Source: Promethearchaeota archaeon (GTDB lineage Archaea; Asgardarchaeota; Lokiarchaeia; Sigyniarchaeales; SOKP01). From it: DNA of 64,000 nucleotides. The stretch is from the NCBI GenBank assembly GCA_030599585.1, contig JAUVNS010000004.1, forward strand, positions 287,087-351,086, read 5' to 3'. The notes beneath the pieces were generated by a model. That model saw nothing but the letters and a program-made list of their open reading frames with translations, was not told the origin of the DNA and ran no database searches. Positions within the stretch are counted from its first letter, which is position 1; every line of letters starts with the position of its first letter. The translations under genes were made by a program, and so were the position numbers. This document shows positions 40,810-49,578 of this stretch, piece after piece.

Positions 40810-42921
40810 TTGTTTTTAATTTTAAATAATTCGGGTTTAAAACTTATTATGTCGGAACACCACTTCCAAATTTGCCTTTTTTGTCAGAAAAATGTGAAGT
40901 TGGCTTATTATTGTGAAAGTTGTGGGACCAGCTGTTGCTCCGACTGTTTACACGAAGATAAAATTAAGTCATTTGTTTGTCAAGATTGTGAATCAACAAA
41001 TATAACTGATTCTGTGTGTCAAGATTGTGATTCAACAAATATAACTCAAAAAACTCATCTCCTAAAATCTTGTCCGAAATGTAATTCGAACCAAATTGTT
41101 AATATCTACGAAAAAAAAGAAGACTTAGAAAAAAGTTTTTTGGAGTTAATTAAAAATTCAAGAGGCTTCATAACTCCCTTAAGAGATTTATTAGGTTCTT
41201 TGTACCAATTAAAACAAAAGGTTATGGATGCAAGAGCCCCTCCTGTTAGGTGTTTTCATTACCCTACTATGGAATTAGATTTATTAGCTCTCTTCAAGTT
41301 ATTTATCTATGCAAAAGAAAATCTTATAGAAAAGATTCGTAATTTCATTCAACATTTATCTCTTAATAAAGAATATTTTTTTGATATATACACGCAACAA
41401 AATTCGAATATAAAGATTATAGAAGATATTTTAGAGAATTTGACTAGAAATTATAATTCAATTACTTCTTTTATAGCCAATAATGTTATAACAATTAGTA
41501 CGAGCATCGAGACTCTTTCAAAAAATCTTAATTTTATTGATAAGATAACCTATTATTTCACAAATTACCTAAAGTTTCTGAATCTAGCCGACGAAGAAAA
41601 ACCCGTTTATGCGATATATGCAAAATTATCTAACGGTCTTAACACTCAAGATAAATACAAAAAAGATAAAGGAATTCTTTTAATTACCAATTTTGACCTT
41701 TCTTTTGTCCGTGAATATGGGAAACGAAAGAAAAAACAAGAGGGCATATTTAAAGCTCCCGTAAAGGATTTAACTAAAGTTCAAATCAGAGGAAAAATCT
41801 TCAAGAAACTTTACATTGAGTTTCCCTATGGTAGATACGAATTTACTCTTCCTCCCAACTCTCTTTCTCGAGTATTAGATTACATTTTGCTCGCAAGAAG
41901 TTTTGACGAGACTATAGTTTACGATAAAGAAGCTGCTAAAAAACTTTTTAACATTGAAGTTGGTTTGAGTGATCTAACAAACTTTATTGAAAAGGCTATC
42001 AATTCTTTCTTCAGTTTGAAATGTCAATATAATAATGTTAAACCTAATAATAGAATGGCTAATTACCGTCAGGTTTCGCAGGCATTTAATCAAAATCCGA
42101 ATAATATGCCTAACATTACACCAAATCAACCTTATTATAATTCTTATCAAAGTAACGCTCCCATTGATCCTAACTTACCCTATTATCCTAATCCAAATTA
42201 TCAAAATTTACCCGGAAATCCATTGTTTAATAATAGAAACAATAAGAACCCTGGAGATTTAAATCATTATTACAATAACATACCGAATAATGCTCCACCG
42301 ATTTATAATCAGAACGAATTTTTCTTACAAAACTTAATCGATAACAACAGGATACAGAATTACAAACCTACAAGTTTTAACAATGGATTTGGAGATCGTA
42401 TTACAAATGCGGAAGAAAAAAACTTATTAATGAGAAAATTAGAACAATTACAAAGACATGGCCGAATCTTCCCTAGCCCACCACTCAACAACTCACATAT
42501 CTTTGATGTTCTGAAAAACGATCCCAGATACTATGAACAAATAGAAAAAGGTAGACGAATGCCGCAATATCAAGATTATTCAAAAAATCACCTATCCGAA
42601 TTATTCAATCGTGATTCTATTTCAAATTATCCCAATGAAACATCAAGACCTTACTCTAAAAGGCATAGTAAATCGAGACGCAAGAAAATGTTTGATCTAC
42701 AAAAAGAGAAATACAGTCTTGAAGAAACGCTAAAAGCATTAGATTCTAAATTTGAATCAGGAAATATCTCAGAAATAGATTTCTTTAAAAACTTTAAGAA
42801 TTTACAAAAGGAAATTTATATTATCGAGAAAAACATTGAGGTTTTAGATGACGACATGGAAGATGAAGAGTTTTTAAGGAATAGATCAAAAGAAATTGAT
42901 AAAAAAAGATATTATACTTAG
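40810..42921 (+). CDS. Multidomain Zn-finger / coiled-coil / PH-like / low-complexity / steadiness-box-like protein (putative ESCRT adaptor)
   Basis: Six CxxC pairs at the N-terminus; helical region; G.LLITN..L.F...P..D...V PH-like pattern; N/P/Q/Y-rich tract; C-terminal LEETL..L...F..G.I....F.K.F..LQ...Y. Likely start is ATG at 40849. Confidence 0.65.
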   Translation: MFLILNNSGLKLIMSEHHFQICLFCQKNVKLAYYCESCGTSCCSDCLHEDKIKSFVCQDCESTNITDSVCQDCDSTNITQKTHLLKSCPKCNSNQIVNIYEKKEDLEKSFLELIKNSRGFITPLRDLLGSLYQLKQKVMDARAPPVRCFHYPTMELDLLALFKLFIYAKENLIEKIRNFIQHLSLNKEYFFDIYTQQNSNIKIIEDILENLTRNYNSITSFIANNVITISTSIETLSKNLNFIDKITYYFTNYLKFLNLADEEKPVYAIYAKLSNGLNTQDKYKKDKGILLITNFDLSFVREYGKRKKKQEGIFKAPVKDLTKVQIRGKIFKKLYIEFPYGRYEFTLPPNSLSRVLDYILLARSFDETIVYDKEAAKKLFNIEVGLSDLTNFIEKAINSFFSLKCQYNNVKPNNRMANYRQVSQAFNQNPNNMPNITPNQPYYNSYQSNAPIDPNLPYYPNPNYQNLPGNPLFNNRNNKNPGDLNHYYNNIPNNAPPIYNQNEFFLQNLIDNNRIQNYKPTSFNNGFGDRITNAEEKNLLMRKLEQLQRHGRIFPSPPLNNSHIFDVLKNDPRYYEQIEKGRRMPQYQDYSKNHLSELFNRDSISNYPNETSRPYSKRHSKSRRKKMFDLQKEKYSLEETLKALDSKFESGNISEIDFFKNFKNLQKEIYIIEKNIEVLDDDMEDEEFLRNRSKEIDKKRYYT
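40975..41046 (+). repeat. Near-perfect tandem duplication with 39-bp period encoding two CQDC knuckles
   Basis: gtttgtcaagattgtgaatcaacaaatataactgattct / gtgtgtcaagattgtgattcaacaaatataact, encoding VCQDCESTNITDS / VCQDCDSTNIT. Confidence 0.9.
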
Positions 42922-42960
42922 GTTCTACTTTTCTTTCTACCTAAGAAGTCCTGTAATCAG

Positions 42961-43614
42961 TTAACTACCTTCTAACTCTTTTCTCAATTTGTCTATCTCG
43001 TCTTCTAGTTTAGCTTTTGTTTTGATTTCAGGTTCTTCCCCCATTTCTTCAAACTCTGAAATATACGCAAGGTCATCGTCTGGGACAACTGGCATTTGAC
43101 CACCCTGCTCGAGCAACATCTCTGTTTCAAGTTGATTTAATTCATCGGTTACATCAATCGCCAGATCAATCTCCGGATCGCCAGCAAGAATTTCCGCAGA
43201 TTCCTCAATTTCTGCTACATAAAGTTCAGAGTCTTCTGCGATTTCAGCAATCTTTTCGGGGGAGACTTTAGTAGCAATTGTAGCAAGCTCATCCCTAATC
43301 CCACCCATTAAATCACCCGTCATTGAAATCATTTGGCCTTCCTCAATTGCGTATAGGGATCTCTCTATTTTCGCACGAATGTTGTTCTGGCGGTCTACCT
43401 TCATTTGATACTGCTTATGTTGAATAAGATAGTTTTTAGCTCTGTTTCTCTCTCCCCTTTTTATCGCAATTTTAGCGTTTTTTCTCGCAATTTCTGCTCT
43501 TTTGTTGTAGGTTTTATTTGTTAGAGCAATTTTTCTGATATGTGCTTTAGCTTTAATAACTAGCTCATCTTTCTCTTTACCTTTCCTAGGAAAAAGTTTT
43601 TTTTTTAGGGCCAT
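42961..43614 (-). CDS. ESCRT-III / Snf7 family protein (Vps20/32/60-like)
   Basis: Basic N-terminal half and acidic C-terminal half; AK.A.K.G...RAK..L..K.Y helical hairpin; DVTDELNQLETE; MPVVP (MIM2-like); terminal amphipathic helix. Confidence 0.85.
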   Translation of the reverse strand: MALKKKLFPRKGKEKDELVIKAKAHIRKIALTNKTYNKRAEIARKNAKIAIKRGERNRAKNYLIQHKQYQMKVDRQNNIRAKIERSLYAIEEGQMISMTGDLMGGIRDELATIATKVSPEKIAEIAEDSELYVAEIEESAEILAGDPEIDLAIDVTDELNQLETEMLLEQGGQMPVVPDDDLAYISEFEEMGEEPEIKTKAKLEDEIDKLRKELEGS

Positions 43615-43760
43615 GCATCCATAACCTTTTGTTTTAATTGATACTAGAATCTCTTTTATAATTAATATGATTTTATTTACTTAAAAATTTGATAGAATTT
43701 AATATAGTATGATGATTCTTATCAATAAAACTTTCAGAGTCCAAACTTTGTGATTCTTAT

Positions 43761-44864
43761 ATGAAGAAAATAATATTAAATTTCGAGAAAAAAACAGATA
43801 ATTTTAAAGCGTTAGTTCAAGAAGCTTTGAATATGAATTTCCTTGATTTTTTAGTTTCGAATGATACATTTATGGATTTCAAGAAAATTGAACGTATAAC
43901 CACATATAGCAGAGATTTGAGTATTAACACGCAAAATTTAATTCTACATGATGCGAGTCAAAAATCATCAGGAATTGATAAAGAAATTAAGATTGGGCTC
44001 TATTACGAAATGAAATCAAAACAGGACGAAGAATTTATCGTAGAAGAATCAAAAAAAGGTAACTTTAACTTCATTATAGTTAAAGCACCGGACTGGAAAA
44101 TCATCCCTTTTGAAAACCTTATAGCAAAGATGCATGAAAATGATACAGAATTAATTGCTTCGGTCGAGAACATAGATGAAGCAGAACTTATGTTAAAAAC
44201 CCTTGAAGTCGGCACAGACGGAGTATTAATCACTCCTAAAGACATCAACGACATCATAGAACTGAAGAAATTAATAGTGACCGAATTTGGGGTTAATTTA
44301 GTAGAAGCAGAGGTTACAGCTTTACAAAATGTCCCAGAAAGCGAAAGAGTATGCGTCGATACTACATCTTTATTGAAATCAGGGGAGGGGATGCTTGTTG
44401 GAAGCACTGCAAAAGGATTCGTGTTAGTACATGCTGAGGTTTTTGATACTCAATTTGTTTCCTCAAGGCCTTTCAGAGTAAACGCTGGTGATGTTTCAGC
44501 ATATATTCTAGTTCCGAGCGATGACACTGATAAAAACTATCGGACGAAATATTTAAGCGAATTGAAAGGGGGAGATCAAGTTTTAGTGGTAAATACTAGT
44601 GGTGGAGCGAAAAGAGTTACAGTGGGTAGAGTAAAAATTGAAACACGCCCTATGTTAAGATTGGAATTAGAAATCGATAAACAAGGTAAAATGATTAGAT
44701 TTAACTACATTGGTCAAAATGCAGAAACGATTCGATTAGTTAATTCAGTTGGAACTCCGGTATCTATAGTAGATATCACCATCGGGGACAAAGTATTGGT
44801 TTATATCGGACCGGGAGCGACTCATTTTGGAACAAAAATTAAAGAAAACATAATTGAAAAATAG
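43761..44864 (+). CDS. 3-dehydroquinate synthase II (archaeal AroB')
   Basis: DWKIIP.EN.IA, LE.G.DGV, RVCVDT.S....GEGMLVGS, RPFRVNAG, T.YLSEL..G, GRVKIE.RP, QNAETIRL. Confidence 0.95.
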   Translation: MKKIILNFEKKTDNFKALVQEALNMNFLDFLVSNDTFMDFKKIERITTYSRDLSINTQNLILHDASQKSSGIDKEIKIGLYYEMKSKQDEEFIVEESKKGNFNFIIVKAPDWKIIPFENLIAKMHENDTELIASVENIDEAELMLKTLEVGTDGVLITPKDINDIIELKKLIVTEFGVNLVEAEVTALQNVPESERVCVDTTSLLKSGEGMLVGSTAKGFVLVHAEVFDTQFVSSRPFRVNAGDVSAYILVPSDDTDKNYRTKYLSELKGGDQVLVVNTSGGAKRVTVGRVKIETRPMLRLELEIDKQGKMIRFNYIGQNAETIRLVNSVGTPVSIVDITIGDKVLVYIGPGATHFGTKIKENIIEK

Positions 44865-44933
44865 AAATCTCACATTTTTCTATTCCTTTTTAGAAATAAT
44901 AAAAATAATAAATGTTGAAGGACGATTATTAAT

Positions 44934-46178
44934 ATGATATATTGGGCTCCATTATTACACATGTATCAACCTACTTTTCAAGATCGTGGGGTATTACGAC
45001 AAATTGATAAAGAGTGCTATAAACCTTTATTAAAAATGTTTGAAGAGCACGATAATGTAAAAATTAGTCTTAACATTAATGCTGTTCTAATAGATTTGTT
45101 ATACGAATTTGATTTAGGTGATACTTTAGAAATTCTACAAAATTTGGTATCTAGTAATAAAATTGAAATCACTGGTACAGCAAAATTCCATCCGATCCTC
45201 CCACTTATTCCACAAAAGGAAACTGAAAATCAAATTGAGATAAATGAAGAGGTTTTAAGAAATGAATTCAAACAGTGGGAACGAGGAGGATTTTTCCCTC
45301 CTGAAATGTCAATTAGTTCTCAAGTTGCAAGATATATCCGAGAATTAGGGTATAAATGGGTAATTATAAGCGGAGTAGCATGTCCTGTAGATTGGCCTAC
45401 TGATCAAATATATACTTCTCCAAATGGCTTGAAGTTATTTTTTAGAGACGATATTTTAAGTAATAAAATCTCATTTAACAATATCACTGCCAAAGGATTT
45501 GTTGAAGAAATTAAGGGAATGGTCAAGGAAAATAAAAAACAAAAGCAAAACGATAAATATATCATAACTGCAATGGATACTGAAACATTTGGCCACCACA
45601 TAAAAAAATTTGAAAGAAATTTTCTAAGTAAGGCTTTAGAACTTATTAATGATCAAGAAGAAATAAAAATTGAATTCATTTCCGAATTATCCAAATTTTT
45701 CCCGATTAATAATGAAAAGATAATCCCTAAAGATTCGAGCTGGAGCACTTCCTATGATGACATGATGGCAGGTGTCCCGTATCCTTTATGGGATCATCCC
45801 GATAATAAAGTTCATATTTTATATTGGAAAATTGTGAGAAGTTTAAACAACCTAATGAATTTAATAAGTAATTTAGATTTGAATCAAAGTTGGGATGTTG
45901 AGAGCCATTATAATACCTCCCGGTGGTTTTATGATCGGGGAATATGTTCTGATACAACCTGGTGGTCAAATCCTGATCGTGGGACTTGGAGCCCGAATTT
46001 GATTTACAAAGGAATAGATCTACTTATGAGATCTGCCCTAAACGCTCAACTTGCGTTAGTACATGCTAATCAATCAGATATAGGAGAGGATTACTTTGAT
46101 TCTATTTCTTTTTATCATAATCTTTTGCTCATGGAACTTTATTCAAAAACTAAAGAACTTAAGAAAAGAAAAAAGTAA
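44934..46178 (+). CDS. Glycoside hydrolase family 57 protein
   Basis: H.YQP, Y.P, E.....HPILPL, GFFPPEM nucleophile, FFRD..LS, A.D.ETFGHH acid/base, SSW. Confidence 0.92.
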   Translation: MIYWAPLLHMYQPTFQDRGVLRQIDKECYKPLLKMFEEHDNVKISLNINAVLIDLLYEFDLGDTLEILQNLVSSNKIEITGTAKFHPILPLIPQKETENQIEINEEVLRNEFKQWERGGFFPPEMSISSQVARYIRELGYKWVIISGVACPVDWPTDQIYTSPNGLKLFFRDDILSNKISFNNITAKGFVEEIKGMVKENKKQKQNDKYIITAMDTETFGHHIKKFERNFLSKALELINDQEEIKIEFISELSKFFPINNEKIIPKDSSWSTSYDDMMAGVPYPLWDHPDNKVHILYWKIVRSLNNLMNLISNLDLNQSWDVESHYNTSRWFYDRGICSDTTWWSNPDRGTWSPNLIYKGIDLLMRSALNAQLALVHANQSDIGEDYFDSISFYHNLLLMELYSKTKELKKRKK

Positions 46179-46340
46179 AAAGAATCAAGCGTGATCGATA
46201 AAAGTAATAATAAACAGCGCTTAAAGTTTCTCTGCTGTCAACATATTGTTTAAGTTGTAGAAAATAACAATAAAATATATAATTTTAAATTTAATATATA
46301 AAATTAAGTACGTTTTAGCACAACTAAATTTCTTATTTTA

Positions 46341-47468
46341 TTGAGAGTTATGTCAAAAGAAAAAGAAACACCTCAGGTAACAAAATTTTGCGTGTATTGT
46401 GGAACTACAATCCAAAAGAACACTGCTTATTGTCCAAATCCAAAATGTGGGAAGTTAGTAATAAATATTAAACCAAGTGAGGATAATCTCGATCAAACGA
46501 AACCTATAACAAAACTCGTTAAAAAAGAAACAATATCACGCAAATGTTCGAACTGTGGGTCAATTATAACTTCTAATGTATTAGAACAGTGTCCAATATG
46601 TGATTCAAGATTAGAAAAAATTCCAGAACAAGATATTGCAATCCAAGAAAAAAAACAGCAAAATCGACAAGGCTATGTATTTACAAATAAAAAATTAGTA
46701 CCAGAACAAAAGTTTGTGTTGAAAAAAAGCGAATGGAATTTCAAAGAAGGGATTAGAGTATTTAGTAATGCTCTTATGGCATATGTTACAGTTAGATTAG
46801 TAATTACTATGTTGTTAACTTTTCAACTAGGTCCATCTGAAACATTAGATTTAAACATGGCAACAATCCTCTTAAGTCAAACTCCCGATATTGTATTTGG
46901 GCTCTATCCCATGTATTACCTTTATTCAAAAAAACATAACCTCAAGAAATTAGGCTTTATCTTTAATAAAAAATCACTAGTTATCGCTACATTCGTAGGC
47001 ATCGTCGGAAGTATTGGATTAATTTTAATTGATAATTTTTCGTCCTTAATAATCCGCTTTATGTACGAATCAGGAATAAATTTTTACGATATATTTGCTT
47101 ATTTTGACGAGGAATACCTCGTCCTTCAAAACTCTAGTTTAATTCTGGTAATATTACTTTTAACCCTTTTAAGTTTAACAGTGATCTCAACTGAATTAGT
47201 ATTTAGAGGTGTATTACACAACACTTTAAAAGCGCATTTTGAAAACAACTTTCTCGGAAAAGTTACCGTAATTGTTATTGTAGCTTTGGTTTACTCACTT
47301 CTGTTTCTATTTTTTACAATCCCCATAGGGATATATTTCTTTTTAGTAAACTTTATGGTATCGATTTTTTTGGGTATAATCTATGAAATTAATAAGAACC
47401 TAGTTAGTACAATAATAGCTAATTTAATTTACAGCATTACTCTCATTATTTTAATTATCTATTTCTAA
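46341..47468 (+). CDS. Double zinc-ribbon plus degenerate CPBP (type II CAAX protease-like) membrane protein
   Basis: FCVYCG...YCPNPKCG and CSNCG...CPICD; TM bundle with TELVFRG (EExxxR partly lost) and no catalytic His. Confidence 0.75.
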   Translation: MRVMSKEKETPQVTKFCVYCGTTIQKNTAYCPNPKCGKLVINIKPSEDNLDQTKPITKLVKKETISRKCSNCGSIITSNVLEQCPICDSRLEKIPEQDIAIQEKKQQNRQGYVFTNKKLVPEQKFVLKKSEWNFKEGIRVFSNALMAYVTVRLVITMLLTFQLGPSETLDLNMATILLSQTPDIVFGLYPMYYLYSKKHNLKKLGFIFNKKSLVIATFVGIVGSIGLILIDNFSSLIIRFMYESGINFYDIFAYFDEEYLVLQNSSLILVILLLTLLSLTVISTELVFRGVLHNTLKAHFENNFLGKVTVIVIVALVYSLLFLFFTIPIGIYFFLVNFMVSIFLGIIYEINKNLVSTIIANLIYSITLIILIIYF

Positions 47469-47586
47469 TTTAAACATAATTCTCCATTATCTTTTAATAT
47501 ATAAATTTAATAATAAGAAAAATCAAATATCTCTAGTGTTATTATTAGTAACTTATTTTTATTAAAATACGAGAAGAGTCTACGAC

Positions 47587-48318
47587 GTGGAGAAAGAGAG
47601 ATTGGGTAAAAAATATTATACAAACAAGGGTAGTAAGGATAATATAATTATTTCAATTGCAGGTGTTCATGGAATCGGTAAAACCACAATTTTTAATCTT
47701 TTAAAAAAAAAATTGGGAGATAATAATAAGTTTAAGTTTTTTCCCGAAAGGTATATTAAAATTCCTCCTTTTCCATTCGGTTCCAACAACAAACAAATCG
47801 CTTTTCGAAGCGAAATTCACTTTCTCCAACAGCTTATTCGGAGAAACAAAAATATCACTAATTTTGATAATAAATATAACGGGCGAGTCGTTTTTCTAGA
47901 TCGTACGTCAATCTGCGTGTTAGTTTACTCTAAAAGTCTTTATCTTAAAGAAAAAGACTATAATCTTATTCATGACATGTATGAGTCAGTTAAGTGGAAA
48001 GAAGATTATATTGTATATCTTACTGCTGAAACAGATACTATTTTAAAAAGAATAATTCAACGGGGTTCGATTGATAATACTAGAAAGGATTGGAATGAAG
48101 ACGATAAGAAATACCTCTTAGAAATTCTCTCCTATTATAATCAATTTTTATTTTCAAAAACTCAAACTAAAAAAGTATTTACAATCGATACTAATAATTT
48201 AACCGCTGAAAATGTGATAGAGGAGATTAAAAACATAGTTATTGACTTATCTGGACACTCCTTCAATAAATATGATAATTCTTCTTCTACGCAGAAGGTA
48301 ATAAACGAATTTATGTAA
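47587..48318 (+). CDS. Deoxynucleoside kinase / thymidylate kinase family P-loop kinase
   Basis: ISIAGVHGIGKTT, F.PE, F.DR, VYL.A....L.RI.QRG, E....L......Y. Confidence 0.85.
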   Translation: MEKERLGKKYYTNKGSKDNIIISIAGVHGIGKTTIFNLLKKKLGDNNKFKFFPERYIKIPPFPFGSNNKQIAFRSEIHFLQQLIRRNKNITNFDNKYNGRVVFLDRTSICVLVYSKSLYLKEKDYNLIHDMYESVKWKEDYIVYLTAETDTILKRIIQRGSIDNTRKDWNEDDKKYLLEILSYYNQFLFSKTQTKKVFTIDTNNLTAENVIEEIKNIVIDLSGHSFNKYDNSSSTQKVINEFM

Positions 48319-48420
48319 GTATGATAAAATATATTAATGTAAATTTTATGATATACATTAAGAGAATTAATAATATATTGATTCCAATTAACTTTAATCT
48401 AAAAAAGATTTTGATGTGAA

Positions 48421-49395
48421 ATGTCGTCTCTTGCGCAAGGTATTCGAGAAAACATGATGAAGATTTTAAAATTCGAAGAAGATAAAACAGATTTAGAAAA
48501 TCTAGCAGTACTTTCGAGAGTTGGCATGAAAGTTGCGTCTGCTTCTTCTGCTGAGCTCGATGCTGATGCAACATCCGCTTCAAGTACCGCGTTAATTGAT
48601 TTAGGGTTGAGATTAAGCGTAGCAACTGCACACGGCGCACTAACAGAGATAATTCTTCACAATACTTCTGGTTATAGTATAATTCTAGCTATCAACGATG
48701 AATATCTGGTGTTTGGTGGCTTAAAAAATGTATATCGAATCGGATATTACCTTGGGTACATACGAGAGCTAGCTAAGAAATTGAATCAATTAATTTCAGG
48801 AGACGAAATTACTGACATGACTCTTTCTTTAGATGATTCTGAAAAAGCAAAGCTAAATATTGAAGAAGAGAAAGTGAACTTAATTATAAAACCTAGCATT
48901 GAAGAAGATAAAGCCGCTTTAGATGATTTGCTAGGTTTTTTAGACGATTGGGAAAAGGAAGGTGGAGATTTAGACGATGCCGAAACGGAAGTACAAAATA
49001 ACATTGTATCAATTCCAAAATCTGTTGGTTTAGAATACGAGAAACAATTGGAGAAGAGTGTTGAGGATTCAGAAACTTCAATGAGGCCAGAAGAGCCTTC
49101 CCAAGTTATTGATTCACGTTTTAAAGTATATGACGACGAAATCCCTCCTGTCCCGCTTGAAGATTATACACCAATGGAGATCGAGGAAGACGAAAGCATA
49201 CAAGAGCCTGAAATCGTCCAAGGACAACCTTTACAAGAGACTATTCCTTCGCTCGAGGATCTACCTCCTCCAGATTTTAATGTAGATTTTGAAGAAACAG
49301 CTTCCGAGTATGATACTGAATTTGTACTTGATAAGGAATCCGAAGCTTTTGAATCGGTTCTAAAAGATTTAGGGTGGGACGAAGAGGAAGATTAG
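48421..49395 (+). CDS. Roadblock/LC7 domain protein with long acidic disordered tail
   Basis: AVLSRVGM.VAS...SA.S.AL..L..RLS.....G.L.EII.....GY.I; C-terminal ~190 aa rich in D/E/P. Confidence 0.8.
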   Translation: MSSLAQGIRENMMKILKFEEDKTDLENLAVLSRVGMKVASASSAELDADATSASSTALIDLGLRLSVATAHGALTEIILHNTSGYSIILAINDEYLVFGGLKNVYRIGYYLGYIRELAKKLNQLISGDEITDMTLSLDDSEKAKLNIEEEKVNLIIKPSIEEDKAALDDLLGFLDDWEKEGGDLDDAETEVQNNIVSIPKSVGLEYEKQLEKSVEDSETSMRPEEPSQVIDSRFKVYDDEIPPVPLEDYTPMEIEEDESIQEPEIVQGQPLQETIPSLEDLPPPDFNVDFEETASEYDTEFVLDKESEAFESVLKDLGWDEEED

Positions 49396-49578
49396 CTCAA
49401 TTTTGTGAAAGAGTATTTAATTATTTCTTAAAATTTCAAAGTCTATTATGTCTACCTTGCGTAATAATTTCTCTAAAATTTTTTTATTTTGATTAATATC
49501 AAAAAACATTAAATAAATTCTTCTCTAATATAGAAGTAATCTTTTTAAAACAAATTAAAAAACAAGTCGTGAATTTGA

